DNA of 64,000 bases from Patescibacteria group bacterium (GCA_041650895.1 JBAZKF010000001.1:209685-273684); one strand, 5' to 3'. Shown: positions 36,847 to 46,519, counted from the first letter of the stretch. The notes: generated by a model from the letters alone, not told the origin. Translations and numbers: made by a program.

Positions 36847-37683
36847 ATGGAAACAAATCAACACTATCCTAGTCAGGATCCGCTTGTAAAGTTGCGTCAA
36901 GAAATGAAATTGCGTAATTTTAGCCATAAAACGATAAAAAGTTATCTCTATTATATCACTGACTTCTTAAATAAGTCAAAAAAACAAATCAGGCAGATAA
37001 ACAGCTCAGATATAAGGGAATATTTGGAAAACATGTCTGATTCCGGAATTTCAGCCTCAACCATGAATTGTGCTTATAGCGCCTTAAAAATGTATTTTGA
37101 AAAAATCATGTTTCGGAAATTTTTTGTTGCCATTCCTCGTGCCAAAAAAGAAAAACATTTGCCAGAGGTTTTAAGCAGGACTGAGATCCTTAAAATGTTA
37201 AATTCCCTAAGCAACCCCAAACATCACTGCATCGTCGCCCTACTATACGGTTCCGGCCTAAGGGTGGGAGAAGTAGTCAGAATTAGAATAAAAGATATTG
37301 ATTTAGAGAGAATGAGCCTGCGGATATACCAAGGCAAGGGCAAGAAGGATCGTTATACGGTTTTACCGGAATCATTAAAAAGCATTTTATCTGCGCAATG
37401 CAAAATAAAACTTTCTACTGACTTTTTATTCACTAATGGCCGAGGCAGTCATCTGACTGAAGCCAGCATACAAAAAATAGTAGATCAATCGGCTAAAAAG
37501 GCGGGAATAAACAGGAAAATATCGCCACACACTCTAAGGCATTCGTTCGCTACCCATTTACTAGAAAATGGCACCGATATAAGATATATCCAAGAGTTGC
37601 TCGGTCATTCCAACATAAAAACCACGCAGATTTATACTCATGTTGCCAGATCAATGATAAGCAACATTAAAAGTCCCCTCTGA
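36847..37683 (+). CDS. Tyrosine site-specific recombinase, XerC/XerD-like, divergent from the small-gene array
   Basis: C-terminal HTLRHSFATHLLENGTDIRYIQELLGHSNIKTTQIYTHV (R-H-R-H-Y catalytic set); the box I R (GLRVGE) to the box II H spacing of ~96 aa matches XerD and is shorter than IntI. Confidence 0.85.
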   Translation: METNQHYPSQDPLVKLRQEMKLRNFSHKTIKSYLYYITDFLNKSKKQIRQINSSDIREYLENMSDSGISASTMNCAYSALKMYFEKIMFRKFFVAIPRAKKEKHLPEVLSRTEILKMLNSLSNPKHHCIVALLYGSGLRVGEVVRIRIKDIDLERMSLRIYQGKGKKDRYTVLPESLKSILSAQCKIKLSTDFLFTNGRGSHLTEASIQKIVDQSAKKAGINRKISPHTLRHSFATHLLENGTDIRYIQELLGHSNIKTTQIYTHVARSMISNIKSPL

Positions 37684-37769
37684 GCATGATCAGACTTGAT
37701 CAGACTTGATTTTTTCGGCTAAAAACCGTATGATACAAGAAATAAAACCATTAACTTCCGTCTTTAATT

Positions 37770-39296
37770 ATGACTAAATACGTACCGGTCATCGGCATGG
37801 AAATCCACGCCGAACTCAACACCAAAACCAAGATGTTCTGCACCTGCGCCAATGGCTATAAGTTGCAGGATAGACCCAACGAAAACATTTGCCCCATTTG
37901 CCTGGGACATCCGGGTATGTTGCCGGTAGCCAACCATCAAGCCATTGATTGGACGATTTTGGTCGGCCTGGCTTTGAATTGCAAAATCAATAATTTCACC
38001 AAGTTTGACCGCAAAAACTATTTTTATCCGGACCTGCCTAAGGGCTACCAAATCTCCCAATACGATCTGCCCCTGACTTATGATGGCCACTTGCAGGTCG
38101 GCAATAAAGAAGTTTCTATTGTGCGCATCCACTTAGAGGAAGACACGGGCAAACTCTCCCACACCTCTTCCGGCACCTTGGTTGATTTGTCGCGCGCCGG
38201 CACTCCCCTGATTGAACTGGTCACCGGACCGGTCATTGATAGTGCCAAGGAGGCCAAGGAATTCTGCCAACTCTACCAGCAAATCTTGCGTTACTTGGAA
38301 ATCTCCGAGGCGGAGATGGAAAAAGGCCAAATGCGCTGTGAAGCCAACGTATCACTGCAGGAAGACGGCAAATTTGAAATCATCAATAATGAAGTCAAAC
38401 CACTGCTGGATTACCAACTGAATCCCAAAGTGGAACTCAAAAATATCAACTCCTTCCGCTCACTGGAACGGGCGATTGAATTTGAAATCCGCCGCCAGAC
38501 CAAAGCGATTGACGCCGGCGAAAAACTGGTGCAAGAGACCCGCGGTTGGGACGAGGCCAAACAAGAGACTTTCAGCCAGCGAGTCAAGGAAACCGCGGCC
38601 GACTACCGCTATTTCCCCGAACCGGATCTGCCGCCGCTACAAATCAGCGAAGACAAAATTTCCCTGTTGCGCGCCACCTTGCCGGAATTGCCTCAAGCCA
38701 AACTCAAGCGTTTCGTGGCCGAATACCAATTTGATCCGGAAGTTGCCGGCATTATTATCGCCGACAAAACCTTGGCCGCCTACACCGAAAAAGTCATTTC
38801 GGAAATGATTGAATGGCTGGATAGCGTGCCAGAAGTTGAGGGCACAGCTGAAGAAATCAGGGAACGCGAAGGCAAAAAAATCTCCAAGTTAGTGGGCAAT
38901 TGGCTGGTTACTCACTTGTTCAAACATCTTAATGAACACAAAACCGCCATCAAGGACTGCAAAATTACGCCGGAAAACTTCGCCGAATTCCTGTCCCTGA
39001 TTTATATTTCTAAAGTCAATAATCTGGCCGCCCAACAAATATTGGAAGAAATGTTCGCTACAGGCAAAGATCCGTCGGATATTATGGAAGAAAAAAACTT
39101 AGGCCAAATGGAAGACGCCGGGGAAATTGAAACGATCGTAGAAAAAATTATCGCCGGCAATCCCAAGGCGGTAGAAGATTTTAAAGCGGGCAAAGAAGCC
39201 TCTTTCAAATTCTTAGTCGGCCAAGTGATGCGCGAAGCCAAAGGCAAGGCCAACCCGGCGATAATTAACAAATTATTGCTGAATAAGCTGTCCTAA
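37770..39296 (+). CDS. gatB: Aspartyl/glutamyl-tRNA(Asn/Gln) amidotransferase subunit B
   Basis: Canonical GatB N-terminus (VIGMEIHAELNTKTKMFCTCA...) and a C-terminal GatB/YqeY domain. Confidence 0.95.
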   Translation: MTKYVPVIGMEIHAELNTKTKMFCTCANGYKLQDRPNENICPICLGHPGMLPVANHQAIDWTILVGLALNCKINNFTKFDRKNYFYPDLPKGYQISQYDLPLTYDGHLQVGNKEVSIVRIHLEEDTGKLSHTSSGTLVDLSRAGTPLIELVTGPVIDSAKEAKEFCQLYQQILRYLEISEAEMEKGQMRCEANVSLQEDGKFEIINNEVKPLLDYQLNPKVELKNINSFRSLERAIEFEIRRQTKAIDAGEKLVQETRGWDEAKQETFSQRVKETAADYRYFPEPDLPPLQISEDKISLLRATLPELPQAKLKRFVAEYQFDPEVAGIIIADKTLAAYTEKVISEMIEWLDSVPEVEGTAEEIREREGKKISKLVGNWLVTHLFKHLNEHKTAIKDCKITPENFAEFLSLIYISKVNNLAAQQILEEMFATGKDPSDIMEEKNLGQMEDAGEIETIVEKIIAGNPKAVEDFKAGKEASFKFLVGQVMREAKGKANPAIINKLLLNKLS

Positions 39297-39396
39297 AACC
39301 TAAAATCCAGAGGAATCTGAATATAGATTAATTTGAATTAATAATTCGTTCCGCCAGCTGACGGATCTTAACTCGTAATTTAAATCATTTAAATCT

Positions 39397-39966
39397 GTGC
39401 CTTTTCTCCAACAATCCCAAGCGCAAAAATACACACCCAAGGAAATAAAATTTTCCAAGCTTTACCAAACCAACATCAAAAGCCGGCGGGCGGTTGGCGA
39501 GTCCGTCTTATGGAAAACCAAGGAAGCCTTAAGGAACACGGGTTACGACGATCCAACCATCGGCAAGATAATCACCCAAGACAAGCCGGTCTCCGTCTCG
39601 CAAATGAAAGAAATCGCTGCGGTTCTTAACCGAGCCGGCGTCTACGGCTTTGAGAAAAATCCCTCCTTTGCCGTTAAAGAATATCTCAACAAAGAACGGG
39701 TTAAAGCCCAAAGCATCGCCCGCGTCAGGCGAGAACATATTCTGGAGATGTCGGAAGAAGAACTAAGCAAAACCGGTCTAACATCATTGAATCAAAAAGC
39801 CATCGGCCCGCACGCCGGAGAAAAGCCTTCGTTATTGCAACGCCAACAAGAAAGAGCCACCAGCCTGACCGGCTCCCGTCGCGTCACATCCTCCCTGTCC
39901 GGCAAGGCCGGCGGTGGCGGGTTTGTTTCCTCCGGCAAACCCAATTCGCTTAAACCAAAATTTTAA
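39397..39966 (+). CDS. Hypothetical protein (GTG start)
   Basis: ORF only; Gly-rich C-terminus. Confidence 0.35.
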   Translation: MPFLQQSQAQKYTPKEIKFSKLYQTNIKSRRAVGESVLWKTKEALRNTGYDDPTIGKIITQDKPVSVSQMKEIAAVLNRAGVYGFEKNPSFAVKEYLNKERVKAQSIARVRREHILEMSEEELSKTGLTSLNQKAIGPHAGEKPSLLQRQQERATSLTGSRRVTSSLSGKAGGGGFVSSGKPNSLKPKF

Positions 39967-39978
39967 CCTCATAATAAT

Positions 39979-40233
39979 ATGCCGGAAACAATGAAAAGAG
40001 ATTCGGGGCCATATTCTCCCGAGATAGTTGATCATAAAAGCTTGGATCAAGCCGACCAAATCCGCGAATCCCGCCAAGGCGGCGATTTGAGCGATCGCGG
40101 AGCGGAACTTGCCGACATTGCCGGCGATATTGAACCGACCGTCAAGGAGCAAGCGGAACGGAAAAAACTGGATAAAGAAGCTCCCTTAAGAGAATGGATC
40201 AATAAAACCTTCGGTCACGGCGGCCTGAAATAA
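39979..40233 (+). CDS. Hypothetical small acidic protein (84 aa)
   Basis: ORF only. Confidence 0.35.
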   Translation: MPETMKRDSGPYSPEIVDHKSLDQADQIRESRQGGDLSDRGAELADIAGDIEPTVKEQAERKKLDKEAPLREWINKTFGHGGLK

Positions 40234-40285
40234 AATCCGCCACATGATTAATGCGACGGATTATTATGGATTATTATGATGATGA

Positions 40286-41326
40286 TTATTTTTTAAGGAA
40301 ACCGGCGATGGCTCGTTCGGCCTCCCGAGGTTTAGTCACCCAAACAATATCCTTATTCCTTTTAAACCAAGTCAATTGCCGTTTGGCAAAATGATGGATT
40401 TCATTCTTAAGTTGTCCTAACATTTCCTCATAGCTGATCAGGCCCCGCAAATAACGCGACACATAGCGGTATTCCAATCCGAATTCTTCCAACCGTTTCC
40501 AACTCACGCCTTGCCGGCGGAGTTTTTTTATTTCTTTGATCATCCCCTCCTTGATTCGTGTTTCCAGCCGGCTGTCAATACGACGATAAATTTCTTCCAG
40601 CGAGAATTTCAAGCCGATAATCAATAAATCATAATCTGAACCGGATTTTTTATCGGTTTCTGACTTGCGCCGGCCGGTCGCCTCATAAATCTCCAACGCG
40701 CGCTGAACTCGTCGACGATTCTTTTGGTCAATCTTTTGGTAAGTGATAGGATCAACTTTTTTAAGCCGAGCTAATAATCGAGTTAAACTTAATTTATCTA
40801 ATTTATTCCTGACCTGTTTTTGTTTTTCGGCGGATATTTCCTGGTTGAACTGATAACCTTTGATTATGGCGTCAATATAAAGCCCGGTACCGCCTACCAA
40901 AAAGGGCTGGTAACCCTGACTAACTGCCTCGCCAATAGCCTTTTTAGCTAATTTTTGATACTTGGCAACGTTAAAAGCAGTCATTGGCTCAATTATATCA
41001 ATTAAGGCATAAGGCACCTTGGATGAATCTTGGTGGCCTCTGATGGCCGTTCCAGAAGCCTTATCTGAGGCCGCTTGAGCCGGTTTTAGGCCTGATTTAA
41101 CAGAAGCTGGCCGTTTAGAGCTTTTGAGCTTTTGAGCCAGTTCCGAGCTAATATAATAATCAGCCAAATCCTTGCCCGTGCCAATATCCATGCCGCAAAA
41201 AACCTGACGGCTGTCGGCGGAGATGATTTTGCCGCCATATTTGAAAGCCAAAGCCGCCGCCAGCTTGGTTTTGCCAGTGGCGGTCGGTCCGAGAATAACG
41301 ATTAACTTGGGAGCGGGCGCGGTCAT
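40286..41326 (-). CDS. miaA: tRNA dimethylallyltransferase MiaA, with a ~55-aa insertion
   Basis: P-loop ILGPTATGKT, then SADSRQV...DIGTGK; a low-complexity insert follows the first motif block. Confidence 0.85.
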   Translation of the reverse strand: MTAPAPKLIVILGPTATGKTKLAAALAFKYGGKIISADSRQVFCGMDIGTGKDLADYYISSELAQKLKSSKRPASVKSGLKPAQAASDKASGTAIRGHQDSSKVPYALIDIIEPMTAFNVAKYQKLAKKAIGEAVSQGYQPFLVGGTGLYIDAIIKGYQFNQEISAEKQKQVRNKLDKLSLTRLLARLKKVDPITYQKIDQKNRRRVQRALEIYEATGRRKSETDKKSGSDYDLLIIGLKFSLEEIYRRIDSRLETRIKEGMIKEIKKLRRQGVSWKRLEEFGLEYRYVSRYLRGLISYEEMLGQLKNEIHHFAKRQLTWFKRNKDIVWVTKPREAERAIAGFLKK

Positions 41327-41344
41327 TTGAAATTATTTAATAAA

Positions 41345-43519
41345 CTAATTATTTTTTATTTCCAAGACAATCGGGTGAGGCAAAGCTCGATAACCGCCGG
41401 AATTATACAAGACAAAATCAGGCAAACTGATCTTGCAGCCATTTTCCGTCATCTCCGACACTATGCCTTTTTGCGGCACATCCCATAGGGTGGTGTTTTT
41501 GGGAACAGTGGCGGTCTGACCGGACAATTCATTATGCACAGTCCAACCGGGAGTTTCAAATTTGCCTTCTTTGGTTGTAATCGAAATGATACCGTCTTGC
41601 AAAACAGAATCAGCACTCAAATCAAATTCCAAATAGTGATTATAAGCAAAATCCATTCCACTGGCAGTAATCGCCACCACTCTTTGAGGCGGAAATTGCT
41701 CCAAATAATCCACCTTAACCTGCCACTTTCCCAAGTAGGGATACTTGGCCGAAGCCGGGACTGAATCCTTAATCAAACTGCCCTCAGCTTGATATTTTAA
41801 CGTACCGGTATAACCGGGCGTTACGGCGAAGATCGGATTAACGGTCATGGTTTCACCTTGATCAATTTCATAGCAAGACTCCTGGGTTTTGACTTTAATC
41901 TCGCTTGATCCGATTTGATTTTTTAATTCCGCGTTGCTGAGGATTAGAACAATCTTATCAAAATTTTCATCGGCCTTATCAAAACAGAAACTGCGGCTTT
42001 CTTTTTCGGTCCAGTCTTCAACATAGGGCTGGCCATTGCTTTTGGGATAAATTATGGCCTTAATCGCTCCCCTGTCGCTTTTACCGGTAAAATTTTTCAG
42101 GTTTTTGAAAACCGCTTTGCGTACGCCTTGCGATTCGCTGAAAAAAGTTTCAATTACTTGAGATGTAAGGGGTTTTAATTCTTTGATGGCAATGGTATTT
42201 TCACCGGGCGCCAAAAAAGCCATGTCTGAGTTCTTGCCGTTTTGCGAAGAGTCGCCGGGAAAAACCTTGCTCTGATCGGCATTTTTGTAATATTCAATCG
42301 GTTTTTTATTATAATTCCATAAGGTGAACTCCTTCCAATTCTTCTTAAAACCGCCGTCAATGGCTTGCTCTGCGCTGGCCAAAGGATTGCCAGAGCCGGC
42401 GCAGCCCTCAAAAATCTTAGTGACAATCATTCGATCGTAAGTTTTGGATAAATAAAACGGAAAAGTATAAGCGCCATATTCAAAATTATCACCGTTTTTG
42501 AATAAGCTTAATTCCGGCTTAGGAATAAAATCGTCAACATAGCCCTGTTCGGAATTTTCCTTGGGATAAATGAAATCTTCCGACCAAGTAGCCGTGCCTT
42601 CAATCCACCACCAGTTGGCCTTGACCAGCCAACAATCAAAAGCGCGCTGAAAAGCATGGAATAATTCATGGACGGTAGTGGTTTTCAAATCTTTATCACT
42701 CAGATTCTCGCGGATGATGATAAAACTGCTGCGGCCGTTGCCGTTATCGGGCGCATTAACCCCCAAAGAAGAAGAGTTGTCGCTGTTTAACAGTAACGAA
42801 TAATTGGCCGGACCGACATAAATATCAACTTTATCATCACCACCCAAAGAACCGTCAGAGGGCGGGATTTTTCCCAACAAGCCGACATATTGGGCGTAAG
42901 CTCCGTCGGTATTTAAATTAGACACAATTTTTTGAGCCGTATCGTAATAAATTTTTGTGGTCTTCTCTTGCCCATTGATTGTTTCTTTCTTTTCCAAATA
43001 CCAAACTCGGATCTTGCCGTCGGCGGTCACTAAGCCGTCATCTGACTTATAAGACAAGGGCCGGTCAAAAGCCTGAGCCGTCTTGATTAATCCAAAACCC
43101 AAATCTTGATTCTGCGCTTCACTGTTGATCTTTTGGCTGATATAACTGTCCGGATCGTCGGGACGCTTAAAGTAAGGCGCCAACGCTTCTTTGGCGGCCG
43201 GAGACAATTTTTCCCAATTCTCGCTAACTTCTGCAAAAACTCCGCCCTCTTCAAACGGGAATTCCTTGGTGGAATACTCCTGAGGCAAAGTCGGATCGCG
43301 GAAAACAAATTTTACTTTATAAATCAAGGCGGTCTCCTGATCAATTTTTTCTTCGGCCAAAGCCTGATCAATTAAATTTAGGCCGGTCGGGCCATTGTAA
43401 TAACGCTGATCAACTTCCGGCTGACTCTTGGGTTGTAGGAACCAAACTGTTAAGAGCACTGCCAGGACCGCCACAATAACGATCGCAGACAAAATCATTT
43501 TCTTTTGGGTTGGTTTCAT
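41345..43519 (-). CDS. Membrane-anchored putative zinc metallopeptidase (HEXXH)
   Basis: N-terminal TM; TTVHELFHAFQ (HExxH) mid-protein; 724 aa, otherwise unrecognised. Confidence 0.45.
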   Translation of the reverse strand: MKPTQKKMILSAIVIVAVLAVLLTVWFLQPKSQPEVDQRYYNGPTGLNLIDQALAEEKIDQETALIYKVKFVFRDPTLPQEYSTKEFPFEEGGVFAEVSENWEKLSPAAKEALAPYFKRPDDPDSYISQKINSEAQNQDLGFGLIKTAQAFDRPLSYKSDDGLVTADGKIRVWYLEKKETINGQEKTTKIYYDTAQKIVSNLNTDGAYAQYVGLLGKIPPSDGSLGGDDKVDIYVGPANYSLLLNSDNSSSLGVNAPDNGNGRSSFIIIRENLSDKDLKTTTVHELFHAFQRAFDCWLVKANWWWIEGTATWSEDFIYPKENSEQGYVDDFIPKPELSLFKNGDNFEYGAYTFPFYLSKTYDRMIVTKIFEGCAGSGNPLASAEQAIDGGFKKNWKEFTLWNYNKKPIEYYKNADQSKVFPGDSSQNGKNSDMAFLAPGENTIAIKELKPLTSQVIETFFSESQGVRKAVFKNLKNFTGKSDRGAIKAIIYPKSNGQPYVEDWTEKESRSFCFDKADENFDKIVLILSNAELKNQIGSSEIKVKTQESCYEIDQGETMTVNPIFAVTPGYTGTLKYQAEGSLIKDSVPASAKYPYLGKWQVKVDYLEQFPPQRVVAITASGMDFAYNHYLEFDLSADSVLQDGIISITTKEGKFETPGWTVHNELSGQTATVPKNTTLWDVPQKGIVSEMTENGCKISLPDFVLYNSGGYRALPHPIVLEIKNN

Positions 43520-43665
43520 AAGTTTATCTTATTTTATCTGGACCTGCCGGCTCAAGGCTGGTGATTTTTAGCTAATTTGCTATAATTATTGTATCATAAC
43601 AGATAACGGAATAAAATCAAAATTGGATCAATTCTTTCACCCTCACTACTTAATCTTACTACCCT

Positions 43666-44043
43666 ATGCTACCCGCGCCGCTTAAGAATGCCATCATTTA
43701 TGAAGATAAAAAGCTTTATGCTTGCTTGGCCAACCACCCGATCGTTGAGGGCCATACGGTTGTCGTCTGGAAAAACAAGGTCGCTGACCTGCACTTGTTA
43801 GCTAAAAAAGATTATGAGTACTTGATGTCCAAGGTGAACGAAATTAGGAATGCGATGATAAAAACGCTAAAGACTAAAAAAATTTATCTGGTCTATATGG
43901 ATGAAGTGAAACAAGTCCATTGGCATCTGATTCCTCGGTATAATAAAAAGGGCTTTGGCAATTTTATGTCAAAGCCGAAAAAAATAAAAGATTTTACGTT
44001 AGACGATAAGATAAGAAAAAATTTAATTGCAAAAAAACGTTAA
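43666..44043 (+). CDS. HIT-family (histidine triad) protein
   Basis: The HIT motif VHWHLIPR near the C-terminus. Confidence 0.75.
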   Translation: MLPAPLKNAIIYEDKKLYACLANHPIVEGHTVVVWKNKVADLHLLAKKDYEYLMSKVNEIRNAMIKTLKTKKIYLVYMDEVKQVHWHLIPRYNKKGFGNFMSKPKKIKDFTLDDKIRKNLIAKKR

Positions 44044-44048
44044 ATTTA

Positions 44049-44075
44049 AAACGGACCACGATGGTCCGTTTTTTG
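44049..44075 (+). terminator. Intrinsic terminator (AACGGACCA-cga-TGGTCCGTT followed by TTTTTT)
   Basis: Read directly. Confidence 0.75.
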
Positions 44076-44089
44076 TGCTTACTCTTTTT

Positions 44090-44383
44090 TTATTCTTTCG
44101 ATTCTTCCGGCTTTTGTTCCGCCCGTTCCAGATAAAAGCTGTCCGGGCCTCTCATGCCGCTCAAGTATCTCTGCGACAATTTGTTCGCTTCCGGACTGTT
44201 CGTCCGTTTCATATCCACAGGCGAAGACTGCTGATCAACTGTCGCTGTCAGCGACTGTTGCTTTGCCCGCTGATTCTCCGCCTGGACATTTAGGATTGCC
44301 AGAATCAACATCAGGGGCGCCATAAGCGCCAAACTGATAACCAACGCTAACTTTTTCCGTTGCTGAGCTCTTCGTTTAAGCAT
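44090..44383 (-). CDS. Small membrane protein (~97 aa) in the GC-rich island; its start overlaps the stop of the upstream gene (ATGCTTAA)
   Basis: An AGGAG Shine-Dalgarno lies 6 nt before the ATG; sequence MLKRRAQQRKKLALVISLALMAPLMLILAIL... The longer track ORF (44090-44680) has a junk-like N-terminus. Confidence 0.45.
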   Translation of the reverse strand: MLKRRAQQRKKLALVISLALMAPLMLILAILNVQAENQRAKQQSLTATVDQQSSPVDMKRTNSPEANKLSQRYLSGMRGPDSFYLERAEQKPEESKE

Positions 44384-45212
44384 TTTCATCTCCTGTTTGT
44401 TGGGTTTGTTGAAGTACAGAATCTTGACTGACCTTCTCCACCCCCAGGAGGAAGAAGCCGACACAACCATTGCCATCCTCGCGCCAGCAGTCGCAGCCGA
44501 CCCCGCCAGTCGAGCTGAAGACGCCAGCGACGAGACGGCCGCCGACGAACAGGGTACCCGACGCCGCGTAGAGCAAGTCCAGCGGCACCCTTTCGCCAGA
44601 ACGCTTGAAATGCGCCAGAATGATGGCGAACAGGATTTGGATCGAACCGAAATAAGTGGCATGATCGCCAGGAAGCTCATAGCGCTTTTTGAGTTCGGCG
44701 CGGTGGGCTTCCATCGTCTTGATGTCTTTGCCAGTGCTTTTCGGAGCCAGGCGAGGCACCCAGAAGATGATCACGTCATCGGTCGGCGCGTCGTTGAAAT
44801 TCCAGCCCTGCAAATAGTTGAGATTGTTGTTGCAAGGGCCGACGATAGAAGCATGCTTCTTCAGTGTGAAACCCTGCTTGACAAGCCAGCTCACGGGCCC
44901 GCTGTAGTTCATCTCGGCCGCCAGCTTACGCCAAGGGGCGAGACGATCGGCGAACTGCGGGAACTGCTTCTGAAGCTCATTGTCCGATAGGGGCACGCAG
45001 AAAGTATTCGCGATCTCTTCGGCCACGAGTGCGCCACAGAACTTCTTCAATTTTCCGGAATTATCAGCCAACGCCAGCATCTCCTCATCACTGAGGCCAT
45101 TCAAAGCAGCCAAGAGGGCTGCCGCACTTGCCTTACGCTCTGCCATAACTTGCCTTTCCGCCTCTGTGAGGCAGTATTCCCAACCACTATGGCCAGGAAA
45201 GAAGCTGGGCAT
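44376..45212 (-). CDS. Hypothetical protein (278 aa) in the GC-rich island
   Basis: Coding region with clearly elevated GC; no recognised family. The opposite-strand ORF 44397-44990 is probably an antisense artefact. Confidence 0.5.
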   Translation of the reverse strand: MPSFFPGHSGWEYCLTEAERQVMAERKASAAALLAALNGLSDEEMLALADNSGKLKKFCGALVAEEIANTFCVPLSDNELQKQFPQFADRLAPWRKLAAEMNYSGPVSWLVKQGFTLKKHASIVGPCNNNLNYLQGWNFNDAPTDDVIIFWVPRLAPKSTGKDIKTMEAHRAELKKRYELPGDHATYFGSIQILFAIILAHFKRSGERVPLDLLYAASGTLFVGGRLVAGVFSSTGGVGCDCWREDGNGCVGFFLLGVEKVSQDSVLQQTQQTGDENA

Positions 45213-45387
45213 TCATATAGTCCCAACTTTCTTTCTATCTAATTTAGCTTAAATTAAACAAAAAGAAAGCCAGGACACCAAACCTATCAACATGTTAATG
45301 AACTAATGATATATTATACAGCATATGACAAAATTCGTCAAGACAAAAGATGATAGCTTAACTGCTATGGTATTGGTCAAAAACCAA

Positions 45388-45419
45388 TACAAAAACCCCG
45401 CCAAAAACGAGGTTTAAGA
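45388..45419. repeat. ~30-bp direct repeat ATACAAAAACCCCGC(C)AAAAA(G)CGAGGTTTAAGA, copy 1 (copy 2 at 46390-46422); the pair flanks the DinD-like gene
   Basis: Read directly; 2 mismatches. Confidence 0.6.
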
Positions 45420-45493
45420 AGTGTGGTGCGGAATTCCGTTATTCCGAACTTATTGCTATTTATAAGACCATCAAGACGACAACCCCGCAAAAT

Positions 45494-46345
45494 TTAATTT
45501 TTATTTTTTAACTTTTTTCTACCTTTAGATGATTGCAAAAAATTAATTCCATTAATCACTTTCTTACCAGTTTTTTGCTCTAATTCCAATCGCGCATTCT
45601 TAGCGATTCGTCCGCCCTTTTTGGCTGGAATTTTGTTTTCTTCCAAACCTTTTGTCGACATGGTTTCCGCAATCTGACGAGTGGATAATTCCGCCAAAGC
45701 CGTAAAAACAAGCTCCGCATCACTCATATGATCACGTAAGTTCTGTGTTTTTAATCCTTTTAATTTTTTATGATCTTTAACCGACAAATCACTCCACTCC
45801 TCGTGAATAATATTAGTCAAAATAGCGTATTCGTCTTGTTTCTTGACTTCATTATCTTTCCAATAGTCAGTCAGCTTATTCCTGATTTCCTGCCCCATCA
45901 TCCTTTGTTGGATCCATTGCTTGCTTCGGCCCATCCTCTGCCAATAATCACGACTGCGGTTGAGCGCTTTTTCGGGATCGGAGATTTCCTCTATTCTCTC
46001 ATAACCGACTTTAGCCAGCCAGAGCTTAATCGGTTCAGCTTTAGGCGACGGCACAGACTGAACTAGACGGAAAATAGTTTCTACATCAGCTGCATCAGTC
46101 AGATAAAACTTACCGTCAGAGGCCTCGAATTTCAGTTGGTGACAATTTGTCACCGACTCATTCCCCTCTTTTTTAAGCCTTTCTTTAAGCTTATTCCAAT
46201 ATTTTCTAGCTGTTTGATAATCATTCTGCTGAATTAACGCTTGAATAATATCAATTACAGAGAAATACCATTTTTCTTTTTTTTCATCGTAATGACGACG
46301 AATTTTTTGACCTTCAAAAATAGTAATCTGTTTATTATTTTCCAT
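45494..46345 (-). CDS. DNA-damage-inducible protein D (DinD)-like / Bro-N domain protein (mobile-element associated)
   Basis: Bro-N-like N-terminus ITIFEGQKIRRHYDEKKEKWYFSVIDIIQAL, then the DinD-like core KAEPIKLWLAKVGYERIEEISDPEKALNRSRDYWQRMGRSKQWIQQRMMGQEIRNKLTDYWKD. Confidence 0.65.
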   Translation of the reverse strand: MENNKQITIFEGQKIRRHYDEKKEKWYFSVIDIIQALIQQNDYQTARKYWNKLKERLKKEGNESVTNCHQLKFEASDGKFYLTDAADVETIFRLVQSVPSPKAEPIKLWLAKVGYERIEEISDPEKALNRSRDYWQRMGRSKQWIQQRMMGQEIRNKLTDYWKDNEVKKQDEYAILTNIIHEEWSDLSVKDHKKLKGLKTQNLRDHMSDAELVFTALAELSTRQIAETMSTKGLEENKIPAKKGGRIAKNARLELEQKTGKKVINGINFLQSSKGRKKLKNKN

Positions 46346-46389
46346 AAGATTATTTATATGGATTTATTATAACATACATAATTATACTG

Positions 46390-46422
46390 ATACAAAAACC
46401 CCGCAAAAAGCGAGGTTTAAGA
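46390..46422. repeat. ~30-bp direct repeat, copy 2 (see 45388-45419)
   Basis: Read directly. Confidence 0.6.
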
Positions 46423-46426
46423 TTTT

Positions 46427-46443
46427 TGGGCCGGGAGGGATTT
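46427..46443. repeat. 17-bp duplicate of the tRNA-Tyr 3' end (TGGGCCGGGAGGGATT), 200 bp from the tRNA gene; att-site-like scar
   Basis: Identical to 46644-46660 (acceptor 3' strand plus the start of the T-stem of tRNA-Tyr). Confidence 0.55.
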
Positions 46444-46492
46444 ACGCTCTCAATCGCCGCCAAATGAGGCGATTTCGTTTGTCCGGAGCCAG

Positions 46493-46519
46493 CGCTGACC
46501 TGCCACAGGCAGGTCAGCG
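46493..46519. other. Perfect 12-bp-stem hairpin CGCTGACCTGCC-aca-GGCAGGTCAGCG
   Basis: Read directly; a T-run lies 12 nt downstream on the plus strand. Confidence 0.4.

Noticed and set aside
36847-37683. Integron integrase (IntI) identity for the recombinase divergent from the cassette-like array
   Set aside because: The distance from the conserved box I arginine (GLRVGE) to the HTLRH histidine is ~96 aa, as in XerD. IntI proteins carry a ~30-aa insertion there. I therefore call it XerC/D-like and keep the integron idea only as an architectural analogy.
44397-44990. 197-aa plus-strand ORF in the GC-rich island
   Set aside because: Antisense to the 278-aa minus-strand gene. Its translation is Ala/Arg/Asp-rich low-complexity, characteristic of out-of-frame GC-rich DNA.
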